From an uncultured Alphaproteobacteria bacterium (GTDB lineage: Bacteria > Pseudomonadota > Alphaproteobacteria > JAPOUT01 > G958296285), in the NCBI GenBank assembly GCA_958296285.1, contig OY282459.1:1208336-1272335 (forward strand): a DNA stretch of 64,000 nucleotides, given 5' to 3'. The position numbers and the translations under genes were made by a program. The first letter of the stretch is position 1, and each line of letters starts with the position of its first letter. Below are positions 54,144 through 62,510 of the stretch, piece by piece. Below the pieces are notes generated by a model, which made no database searches, had not been told where the DNA came from, and saw nothing but the letters and a program-made list of their open reading frames with translations.

Positions 54144-55916
54144 TCAACGGGAGCCCCCCTCAAGCCACCACAAATCCGCCGCCGTCCCATATAACGAACC
54201 CCTCTCAGGAAACCCAACCCAATCCCATGCCGCTAACCACTGATCCCCCGAATAAAACAACGGAATCACATAAAACCCCGACAACAAAACCCGATCCAAC
54301 GCCCTCACCGCATCCCGAAAACCCCCACGATCCTCAGCCCCAACCAACGCCCCTATCAAAAAATCCACAGCCCCAGACCGAACCCCCGCATAATTCCTGC
54401 TCCCCTCAAACCCCGCCGCCTCACTCCCCCAATAAAAAGCCTGCTCATTCCCAGGCGACAACGATACCCCCCAACGATAAAAAATCATGTCAAAATCAAA
54501 ATCCCTCATCCGACGCTCCCCCTGCGCCGAATCCACAAAACGAACCCGAGCCTCCACCCCCGCCAACCGCAACTGCCGCGCGAAAACTAAAGCCAACCGC
54601 TCCTCATGACGCCGAACACACAAAATCTCAAAACGAAAAACCTCGCCCCCAACATCCCGAAGAACGCCGCCCTCTAAAAACCACCCCGCCTCCCCAAAAA
54701 GCGCGAGCGCCGCCCTCCGACCCGCCCGATTGTGCCGACCCTCCGAAACAGGCGGACGATAACCGCCCTCCAAAATCTCCGGCGCAACCTCATCAGCAAA
54801 AGACGCAAGCAAAGCGCGCTCGCCAGCGCTCGCCCCCAACCCATGAGACGATAAATCCGAATTGGCGAAAAAACTCCCAATCCGCCGATACTTCCCATGA
54901 AAAAGATGCGCATTAATCCACTCAGCATCCAACAAAAGCGAAAGAGCCTCGCGGACGCGCCTGTCCGAAAAAATCCCCCGCCGCGTGTTGAAAACAAGAC
55001 CCCACATGCCAGACGGCGACCCCGTCGGAATCTCCTTCAACAGAATGCGTCCGCGATCCCTCGCCGGCGCGTCATATTGAACAGCCCAGCGCGAAACATC
55101 TCGCTCCGCGCGCGCGTCAATCTCGCCCGCCTTAAAAGCCTCAAAAGCCGAACCCTCATCACGAAAATAACGATACAAAACCCGATCCGCATTAAATCGC
55201 CCGCGATTGACAGGCAAATCCTTCCCCCAATAATCCAAATCGCGCTGATAAAGAATCTTCTCGCCCGGCGCGATCTCGGCAACCCGATACGCCCCGCTCC
55301 CTAAAGGCGTTTTAAGAGAGGTCTCGTCAAACCTATGCTTCGTGAAATAAGCCCGCGACAAGATCGGCATCAAACCCATAATGAGCGGCATCTCCCTGTC
55401 GCTCCCCGCCTTGAAAACAAAACGGACGCCCCGCGCGCCAACCTTCTCCATCCGAGCGATCTTGCCATAATAAAAACGATGATTCGGACGACCCTTCTCC
55501 CGAAGCGTCCGCGCCGAAAACAAAACATCCTCCGCGCGGACAGGAGAGCCGTCAGAAAAACGCGCCTTCGGATGAAGCGTGAAAAGAACGGAGCTTCTGT
55601 CCGGCGGCGTCTCAATCGTCTCGGCAAGAAGACCATAAAGCGTGAAAGGCTCGTCCCATCCGCGCGCCATCAGACTCTCATAGACAAATTCGCGCAAGCC
55701 GGCGGCAGGCTTCCCCCGAATGATGAAAGGATTGACGCTGTCAAACGTCCCGCTGCGCGAAAGATGAAGCGTCCCGCCTTTCGGCGCGTCAGGACGAACA
55801 TAGGGAAAATGAGAGAAGCCTCTCTGATAAAGCGGCGCGCCATGCATGGCGATCGCGTGAGAATCGGCGAGAGCGCCCCCGGCGTCCGCCGTCAGAAAAG
55901 CGCAGGCGAGCGCCAA
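54144..55916 (-). CDS. Family-5 extracellular solute-binding protein (orphan ABC SBP, YejA-like)
   Basis: 590 aa, SBP_bac_5-like throughout. No permease or ATPase gene is adjacent. The last codons and the stop lie inside the R11 terminal repeat. Confidence 0.8.
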   Translation of the reverse strand: MALACAFLTADAGGALADSHAIAMHGAPLYQRGFSHFPYVRPDAPKGGTLHLSRSGTFDSVNPFIIRGKPAAGLREFVYESLMARGWDEPFTLYGLLAETIETPPDRSSVLFTLHPKARFSDGSPVRAEDVLFSARTLREKGRPNHRFYYGKIARMEKVGARGVRFVFKAGSDREMPLIMGLMPILSRAYFTKHRFDETSLKTPLGSGAYRVAEIAPGEKILYQRDLDYWGKDLPVNRGRFNADRVLYRYFRDEGSAFEAFKAGEIDARAERDVSRWAVQYDAPARDRGRILLKEIPTGSPSGMWGLVFNTRRGIFSDRRVREALSLLLDAEWINAHLFHGKYRRIGSFFANSDLSSHGLGASAGERALLASFADEVAPEILEGGYRPPVSEGRHNRAGRRAALALFGEAGWFLEGGVLRDVGGEVFRFEILCVRRHEERLALVFARQLRLAGVEARVRFVDSAQGERRMRDFDFDMIFYRWGVSLSPGNEQAFYWGSEAAGFEGSRNYAGVRSGAVDFLIGALVGAEDRGGFRDAVRALDRVLLSGFYVIPLFYSGDQWLAAWDWVGFPERGSLYGTAADLWWLEGGSR

Positions 55917-55947
55917 AACAACGCCGCAAGGCGAAGGCGCGAGAGAA

Positions 55948-56280
55948 TTAGTGCAAATAATTCTGCCTTATCCGATAAGCGCCCTTCTCCAACGCGCCGA
56001 AAAGCTCGCCCACCTTCGGATGACGGATAGGCTCGCCGCTCTCGTCCGGCAGAAGATTCTGCTCGGAAACATAGGCGATGTAATCGCTCTCGGCATTCTC
56101 GGCAAGAAGGTGGTAAAAGGGCTGATCCTTGTGAGGCCTAATCTCGGCAGGAATGGACTGCCACCACTCCTCCGTATTGTTGAAAACGGGATCTACGTCA
56201 AAAATCACGCCCCGAAACGGATAAATGCGGTGGCGGACGACCTGTCCGATTTTGAATTTCGCGCTGCGCGTCTCAGACAT
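55948..56280 (-). CDS. hspQ: Heat-shock protein HspQ (YccV-like hemimethylated-DNA-binding domain)
   Basis: KFKIGQVVRHRIYPFRGVIFDVDP...PFYHLL pattern, 110 aa. Confidence 0.8.
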   Translation of the reverse strand: MSETRSAKFKIGQVVRHRIYPFRGVIFDVDPVFNNTEEWWQSIPAEIRPHKDQPFYHLLAENAESDYIAYVSEQNLLPDESGEPIRHPKVGELFGALEKGAYRIRQNYLH

Positions 56281-56467
56281 AATGCGCCCCCTTCCATAGC
56301 GGTTGGCATGACGGGAAAACTCACAGATTATCCCCTATTTAACCAATTTAGAAAAATTATGAAAATCAAACCTTGAAAAAATCAAGAAAAAAAGGTAATT
56401 CATTAGGAGAAAAGGGGCATGCAAACCACGAAGCACGTTGACTTCACCTTGTTCTAACGTAGGCTGA

Positions 56468-58486
56468 ATGATGAGCGCAAATGCAGTCCATACATCGCGC
56501 CCGCTTTCCCGATGGATGAAGCTGATCTACGGCTCAGGCGCTATGGCGTTTGGCGTCAAGGATGCCGCTTTGGCTTATCTGCTGCTCCTCTATTACAACC
56601 AAGTCCTCGGGCTGGACGCGAAATTGGTCGGAATCGCGCTGCTGCTCTCTTTCCTGCTGGACGGCATCTCCGATCCCATAGTCGGCTATATTTCCGACAA
56701 TATCCAAACCCGATGGGGCAGACGGCATCCCTTTATGTATGTCTCGGCGATTCCCGCCTTCATCTGCTTCTACTATCTGTGGAATCCGCCGGCGGGACTC
56801 TCGCAGACGGATCTCTTCGTCTATCTGCTGACCTTCACAATCCTGACGCGTCTCGTGATCACCTTCTACGAAACGCCGAGCTCGGCTCTGATCGCCGAAA
56901 TCACCGATTCCTACCATCAGCGCACAAACCTTCTCACCTATCGCCTTGTCTTCGCATGGGTCGGCGGATTGCTGCTCTCGCTTCTCGCCTATGGCGCGCT
57001 GCTTGTCCCAACGCCCGAATATCCGGTCGGACAGCTCAATCCGGAAGGCTATCAAACGATGGGGCTCATCGGCAGCGCGGCAATTCTTTTCACGATCCTG
57101 ATCTCCTCTCTCGGAACCCATCACTACATCCCCCGCCTCAAAACCCCCACCTCCATCACAAAAATCGGAAGCGGACGCGCCTTCCGCGAAGCCTTTGAGA
57201 GTTTGTCCAATCCGTCCTTCGTCTATCTTTTCGCTTACGCCATGTTTTCCGCCGTGGGTTTCGGAATCGTCACCGGGCTCAATATCTATATCAACACCTA
57301 TTTTTGGGAACTCAGCGCGAAGCAGATCTTCCTGGCGAATCTCGCGCTTTTGCTCTCCGCCGCGATCGCCGCGATCATCACGACTCCCATGTCGCGCGTC
57401 ATCGGCAAGAAAACAGCCGCGATAGGAACCTCTTTCCTATCCTTCCTGCTCATTCCGCTTCCGATCATTCTGCGGCTGTTGGACGTGCTGCCGCCCAATG
57501 GCGGCGAGCCGGTCTATGAAATTCTCGGCATCGGCGTCACGTCTATCATGATCTACGTCATGGGCTTCCAGATTGTGGATGTCGTCATGATCATCGCGTC
57601 CAACATTCTGCTCGCCTCCATGATCGCCGATATTGTGGAAGATAATCTCGTGCAGACCGGAAGACGCTCGGAGGGTTTGTTTTTCGCGTCCCGCACCTTC
57701 ATTCTGAAATGCGTCACGGGTTTGGGCGGTTTGCTCTCGGCTTTCGTGATCGCGGCGGCAGGGTTTCCTGAAAACGCCAAGCCGGGGGAGGTGGAGCCGG
57801 AAGTCGTGCGGAATCTCGGAATTCTCTACGCGCCTCTCTTAGTCGGCCTCTTCGCGATCGCCATGTTTTTCCTCAGAGGATATGGGATTGACAAGGTCAA
57901 GCATGAAATGAATCTCAAAATCATAGGCGGAATGACGAACCGTCATAAGGGCGGCGTCATTTGGCTGACAGGCTTGTCCGGAGCCGGAAAATCCACTCTG
58001 GCGGCGGAGCTGGAAAGAAACCTCGCCGATTCGGGATATTCCGCCTATGTCGTGGATGGCGACAAAATCCCGATTGCCCAGAACCCCAAATCTGAATATT
58101 CCAGCGAAGATTACGCGCGCGAAGCCAAGCGCGTCCGTGAAATCGCCGCGCTCTTCGCCGAGTCCGGACTCGTCACGATCGCCGCTTCCATCTCGCCCGA
58201 TCGCTTTGACAGAGTCCTCGCCAGAGACATATGCCCCAACTTCCACGAAGTCTATGTCAAGGCGAATATCACGGTGTGCGTGGCGCGCGACCCCAACAAT
58301 TTGTATAAAAAGGCTCGCGCCGGAGAAATCCAAGACTGTCCAGGAATCTCCGCGACCTATGAGGAGCCGAAAGAAGCCGATCTTGTCGTGGACACCAATA
58401 CGGATGACGTTGAGACATGCGCCGCGAAACTCGTCCAATATGTCAAATCGCATTTCCCTCTTATCCCTCAAGCCGCGCCGGCGTGA
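56468..58486 (+). CDS. GPH/MFS_2-type transporter fused to a divergent adenylylsulfate-kinase-like P-loop domain
   Basis: The first roughly 480 aa are 12-TM MelB-like (DGISDPIVGYISD...RWGRRHPF). The C-terminal roughly 185 aa have GLSGAGKST, DGDK, SISP and ARDPNNLYKKARAGE, paralogous to the CysNC C-terminus. Confidence 0.8.
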   Translation: MMSANAVHTSRPLSRWMKLIYGSGAMAFGVKDAALAYLLLLYYNQVLGLDAKLVGIALLLSFLLDGISDPIVGYISDNIQTRWGRRHPFMYVSAIPAFICFYYLWNPPAGLSQTDLFVYLLTFTILTRLVITFYETPSSALIAEITDSYHQRTNLLTYRLVFAWVGGLLLSLLAYGALLVPTPEYPVGQLNPEGYQTMGLIGSAAILFTILISSLGTHHYIPRLKTPTSITKIGSGRAFREAFESLSNPSFVYLFAYAMFSAVGFGIVTGLNIYINTYFWELSAKQIFLANLALLLSAAIAAIITTPMSRVIGKKTAAIGTSFLSFLLIPLPIILRLLDVLPPNGGEPVYEILGIGVTSIMIYVMGFQIVDVVMIIASNILLASMIADIVEDNLVQTGRRSEGLFFASRTFILKCVTGLGGLLSAFVIAAAGFPENAKPGEVEPEVVRNLGILYAPLLVGLFAIAMFFLRGYGIDKVKHEMNLKIIGGMTNRHKGGVIWLTGLSGAGKSTLAAELERNLADSGYSAYVVDGDKIPIAQNPKSEYSSEDYAREAKRVREIAALFAESGLVTIAASISPDRFDRVLARDICPNFHEVYVKANITVCVARDPNNLYKKARAGEIQDCPGISATYEEPKEADLVVDTNTDDVETCAAKLVQYVKSHFPLIPQAAPA

Positions 58487-58549
58487 TGGAGCGAATCGCC
58501 ATGGCAAGATGGAAAAGATAGCCTCCTGAAAAGGGGAGCAGGGGATACA

Positions 58550-60028
58550 ATGACAAGCGAGGAAGTCCAAACCACGCGTCCCGTCCCGCGATGGCTGAAG
58601 TTCTGCTATGGATTAGGATCCGTCGCCTATGGCGTGAAGGATAATGGTCTCTCTTTCTTTCTGCTGATTTATTACAACCAGATTCTCGGACTGCATGCGA
58701 CTTTGGTCGGTTTGGCGCTGCTGATCTCGCTGCTGATAGACGGCGTGTCCGATCCGATCGTCGGCTATGTCTCTGACAGAATCAAGACGCGCTGGGGCAG
58801 ACGACATCCTTTCATGTATTGCTCGGCTGTTCCGGCGCTGCTCTGCTATTTTTATCTTTGGAATCCGCCTTTGGGGCTTTCGCAGGCGGCGCTTTTCGCC
58901 TATCTGATCACGCTGACGGTGACAGTGCGCCTCGCCCTGACCTTCTACGAGACGCCAAGCACGGCTCTGGTCGCCGAAATCACCGATTCCTACCATCAGC
59001 GCACCAATCTGCTGAGTTTCCGCTTTTTCTTCGGTTGGTGGGGCGGATTGACGATGGCGCTGCTCTCTTACGGCGTTCTCTTGGCGCCGACCGAAGCCTA
59101 TCCGGACGGACAGCTCAATCCGGAAGGCTATCAGGCGATGGGTCTTATTGGGGGCGGCATCATTGTCTCGGCGATTCTGATTTCGGCGCTCGGGACGCAT
59201 CCCTATATCAAGCATCTGAAGAAGCCGCCGCCGCCTGTCGGAGGATTCGCCATCACGCGAATGTGGCGCGAGGTCAAGGAGAGTCTGTCCAACCCGTCCT
59301 TTCTCTATCTTTTCATCGCGGCGATCTTTTCGGCGATGGCGGCGGGAATCGTGACCGGCTTAAACATTTACATCAACACCTATTTTTGGGAGTTCTCGTC
59401 TCAGCAGATTTTTCTGACGGTCACCACCAATTTTCTCTCCGCCGCGATCGCGGTGTCCATCGCCACGCCTTTGTCGCGTCTTTTGGGGAAGAAACTGGCG
59501 GCGATTCTCTCTTCCCTTGTCGCCTTCACGCTTCTGCCTCTGCCCGTTCTGCTGCGCCTGATGGACGTCCTTCCCGCCAATGGGGGCGAGCCTCTTTACA
59601 TGCTGCTCGGCATTCCTGTCACGCCGATCCTGAACGTCATTCTCATCACGAACATGATAGACGTCATTCTGATTATCGCCTCCAGCATTCTCTTGACGTC
59701 CATGATCGCGGATCTGGTGGAGGACAGCCAAATTGAAACGGGGCGGCGATCGGAGGGTTTGTTTTTCGCGGCGCGCACATTCATTCTGAAGGCGATGTCG
59801 GGCTTGGGGGGCATGATCTCCACGATCATCCTCGTCCTGTCCGGCTTTCCGAGAGACGCCAAGCCCGGCGAGGTCGCGCCCGAAATTTTATGGAATTTGG
59901 GGATTCTCTACGCGCCGCTGCTCCTCTGTCTCTACGCGATCGCCATCTTCTTCCTGACAGGCTACAGAATCAATCAGCAGAAGCACGAGAGCAATCTGCG
60001 AATTCTCTCGGCGAGAGCCAAAGCCTAG
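58550..60028 (+). CDS. GPH/MFS_2-type transporter (unfused paralog)
   Basis: Collinear with the transporter part of 56468..58486 (DGVSDPIVGYVSD...RWGRRHPF), 492 aa. Confidence 0.85.
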   Translation: MTSEEVQTTRPVPRWLKFCYGLGSVAYGVKDNGLSFFLLIYYNQILGLHATLVGLALLISLLIDGVSDPIVGYVSDRIKTRWGRRHPFMYCSAVPALLCYFYLWNPPLGLSQAALFAYLITLTVTVRLALTFYETPSTALVAEITDSYHQRTNLLSFRFFFGWWGGLTMALLSYGVLLAPTEAYPDGQLNPEGYQAMGLIGGGIIVSAILISALGTHPYIKHLKKPPPPVGGFAITRMWREVKESLSNPSFLYLFIAAIFSAMAAGIVTGLNIYINTYFWEFSSQQIFLTVTTNFLSAAIAVSIATPLSRLLGKKLAAILSSLVAFTLLPLPVLLRLMDVLPANGGEPLYMLLGIPVTPILNVILITNMIDVILIIASSILLTSMIADLVEDSQIETGRRSEGLFFAARTFILKAMSGLGGMISTIILVLSGFPRDAKPGEVAPEILWNLGILYAPLLLCLYAIAIFFLTGYRINQQKHESNLRILSARAKA

Positions 60029-60047
60029 GGCTAGGGCGCGAGACCCA

Positions 60048-60138
60048 TGGCGGATGGGGTGGGATTCGAACCCACGAGACGCGATAAACGTCTGCTGGTT
60101 TTCAAGACCAGTGCCTTCAACCGCTCGGCCACCCATCC
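60048..60138 (-). tRNA. tRNA-Ser (anticodon UGA)
   Basis: Reverse complement GGATGGGTGGCCGAGCGGTTGAAGGCACTGGTCTTGAAAACCAG... with a long variable arm, T arm GTGGG-TTCGAAT-CCCAC and an encoded CCA. Confidence 0.9.
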
Positions 60139-60274
60139 CAGTCGGGACGACTTAAAATCTCATATTCCGTTTCGCGGCGCATGGCAAGCATGGCAAGAAA
60201 GGGCGCGAAAAATCGTGCTAATCTCCGCCTAGGTTGAGATTCGTTCGCGGAATGAGACATCAGGAGAGAAGGGA

Positions 60275-61231
60275 ATGCGGCAGAGCCTCCCAAGGCGCAG
60301 CGTCTTTGTCGGTCTTTGCGAGGCGCTGCTTTTGGGGGTTTTCGCCGCTTGCGCCGCTCCGCAGGACGAGCCTTATTTGGAAGGGCAGGGCGGGAGTTTC
60401 AAAATCGGCGAGCCATACACCATCAACGGCAAAAGCTACAGACCAAAACGCCCCGCCGCCTCCTTCATCCAGACAGGAGTCGCCTCATGGTATGGCGAGG
60501 ATTTCCACGGACGAAAAACCGCCAATGGCGAAATCTTTGACATGAATAAAGCCTCCGCCGCCCATCGCACTCTGCCGCTTCCGTCCTATGTGCAGGTTCG
60601 CAATCTTGAGAATGGGCGCGAATTGACAGTCCGCGTCAATGACAGGGGGCCTTTCACGAAAGATCGCGTCATAGATCTGTCGCGCCACGCGGCGGAGGTT
60701 TTGGGTTTTAAGGAGGAGGGGACAGCGAGAGTGGAGCTGCGCTTTATCCGTCTCGCCCGCCTGCAAGAGCATCAAACTCCGAAGATCTATGACAAACCTC
60801 CGCGAGGCGAGCCTCTCGGAGGCAAACCTCTCCGAGGCAAGCCTCGCAAAGAGACTCGCCCCGGAGAGGCTCGCCCCGCCCCGCCGACCGCGAAAACGCC
60901 CCCAGCCCCCGAAACCCCCTTCTATGTGCAGGCGGGAAGTTTCTCGTCTCGCCAAAGAGCCGAAGCCGTCGGCGAAACGCTGCTTGAGTTCGGAAAAGCG
61001 CAAATCATTCAGCGGAAAAGCGGAGACGAGACGCTTTATGCCGTCAGACTTGGCCCTTTCTTCGGACGCCTTGTGGCCGAAGCCATCCGCGCCAATCTGC
61101 GAGCCAAAGGCGTCTCGGACGCTTTCATCACCGAAAAAGGGTCTCGCCCCGCAAGGGCTCGCCCCTTAGAGTCTCGCCCCGCAGGGGCTCGCCCCGGAGA
61201 GTCTCGCCCCGCAAAAGACGAAACATCGTAA
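60275..61231 (+). CDS. rlpA: Septal-ring lytic transglycosylase RlpA (DPBB plus SPOR domains)
   Basis: GVASWYGEDFHGRKTANGEIFD...VRVNDRGPF (DPBB) and FYVQAGSFSSRQRAE (SPOR). Low-complexity repeats lie between and after the domains. Confidence 0.85.
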   Translation: MRQSLPRRSVFVGLCEALLLGVFAACAAPQDEPYLEGQGGSFKIGEPYTINGKSYRPKRPAASFIQTGVASWYGEDFHGRKTANGEIFDMNKASAAHRTLPLPSYVQVRNLENGRELTVRVNDRGPFTKDRVIDLSRHAAEVLGFKEEGTARVELRFIRLARLQEHQTPKIYDKPPRGEPLGGKPLRGKPRKETRPGEARPAPPTAKTPPAPETPFYVQAGSFSSRQRAEAVGETLLEFGKAQIIQRKSGDETLYAVRLGPFFGRLVAEAIRANLRAKGVSDAFITEKGSRPARARPLESRPAGARPGESRPAKDETS

Positions 61232-61321
61232 GAGAATTTGAGTCTATGCGATATGACATAGGCGGGCAGAATATGATATGAGATTGTCGGCAAGGGCAAA
61301 AAGGGCAAGGAGGACGCTCTG

Positions 61322-62491
61322 ATGAAGGCGAATTTTTTTGGACGATCACGCCTCGCGGCGATGCTGTTCGCGGCTTTGCTGTTCGCGGCTCTGCCGGCGC
61401 GCGCCTTCTTGGAAATCGGAACGAAAGCCCCCTACGCTCTGCTGATGGAGGTGGAGACAGGCGCGATCCTCTTTGAGAAAAACGCCGACACGCTGATGGA
61501 ACCCGCCAGCATGACGAAAATTGTCACGCTGACGCTCCTCTTTGAGGAAATCCGAAAGGGGCGCGTTTCGCTGGACGACAAAATCTATATCAGCCGCAAC
61601 GCTTGGGAGAGGGGGGGTCCGCCGTCAGGCTCTTCCACGATGTTTTTGGAGCCTGAGTCGCTGGTGTCGGTGGGCGATCTGATTATGGGGGTCGCCGTGC
61701 AGTCCGGGAATGACGCCACGATCGCCATCGCCGAGCATCTCGCCGGCACCGAAGAGGATTTCGCCCGAGCCATGACGCGTCATGCGCGCGCGCTCAATCT
61801 CAAGCGCTCGCTCTTTCTCAACGCCTCGGGATGGCCGCAGTCGGGACACGAGACCACCGCGCGCGAAATCGCGCAATTGGCGCTCTATCAAATCCGCAAT
61901 TACCCCAAACTCTACGCCTTCTACGGCAATAAGGAATTTGTCTGGAACGGAATCTCGCAGAGAAACAGGAACAATCTTCTGAGTCTCAATCTGGGCGTGG
62001 ATGGCATAAAGACCGGACACAGCAAATCGGCGGGTTATGGGATTGTCGTCTCGGCGGAGCGGCAGGGGCGGCGTCTTCTTCTTGTCGTCAGCGGCTTGCC
62101 CTCTGAGCGCGCCCGAACCGCCGAGGCGAAACGACTCTTGGAATGGGGTTTTAAGGCTTTCCGACCCTATCGGCTGTTTGAGCCGGGCGATTCGGTGGAG
62201 CCTGCCGTCGTCTGGCATGGGAGGCGTCCGCGCGTTCCTCTGACCGTGGATGAGCCGCTCGCCGTCACGATCACCGACAAAATGCGGAGCGAAATGCGCG
62301 TCCGAATCTCTTATACGACTCCTCTCATCGCCCCTCTGGAGCGCGGGCAGAAAGTCGGAAAAATTGAAGTGCTGGACGGCGAGGGCAGAATTCTCGCCCA
62401 GACTCATTTGGTCACCGGACGAGAAGTCGTTCAGGAAGGGCTGTTCGGGCGCGCTTTCAACACGCTGGAGCATCTGCTCTTTGGCGGATGA
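61322..62491 (+). CDS. D-alanyl-D-alanine carboxypeptidase (S11, PBP5-type)
   Basis: SMTK (SxxK), SGND (SxN) and KTGHS (KTG) motifs, with a signal peptide. Confidence 0.85.
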   Translation: MKANFFGRSRLAAMLFAALLFAALPARAFLEIGTKAPYALLMEVETGAILFEKNADTLMEPASMTKIVTLTLLFEEIRKGRVSLDDKIYISRNAWERGGPPSGSSTMFLEPESLVSVGDLIMGVAVQSGNDATIAIAEHLAGTEEDFARAMTRHARALNLKRSLFLNASGWPQSGHETTAREIAQLALYQIRNYPKLYAFYGNKEFVWNGISQRNRNNLLSLNLGVDGIKTGHSKSAGYGIVVSAERQGRRLLLVVSGLPSERARTAEAKRLLEWGFKAFRPYRLFEPGDSVEPAVVWHGRRPRVPLTVDEPLAVTITDKMRSEMRVRISYTTPLIAPLERGQKVGKIEVLDGEGRILAQTHLVTGREVVQEGLFGRAFNTLEHLLFGG

Positions 62492-62510
62492 GGCAGACGA
62501 GGCGAACAGA

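Larger units (their letters stand above)
53854..54153. repeat. Palindromic repeat family, locus R11 (complete element with about 26-bp terminal inverted repeats)
   Basis: CTCCCGTTGAGGGGGGTTTGGGGGGC ... GCCCCCCAAACCCCCCTCAACGGGAG. G-type core on the left, the centre TAGAAGAGCTCTTGTAAG, W-type core on the right. Confidence 0.9.

Noticed and set aside
53854-54153. The plus-to-minus GC-skew switch might mark the chromosomal replication terminus (dif region).
   Set aside because: The same polarity switch recurs at six or more repeat loci within 37 kb (17.5, 27.0, 33.0, 35.3, 40, 45.5 and 54.0 kb), with the skew relaxing between them. A chromosome has only one terminus. I saw no dif-like XerCD site.
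17433-54153. The repeated G6/C6 palindromes could be a CRISPR array, or attC sites of an integron.
   Set aside because: The copies lie kilobases apart between ordinary genes, not in a regularly spaced repeat-spacer array, and no cas genes are present. No intI/attI is present. Passenger genes occur in both orientations, and arms occur as inverted pairs rather than one attC per cassette.
54017-54916. A 299-aa Pro/Thr/Gln-rich ORF on the + strand.
   Set aside because: It is antisense to a well-supported family-5 SBP gene. The open frame is a by-product of the extreme C+A richness of the + strand here, since few stop codons are possible.
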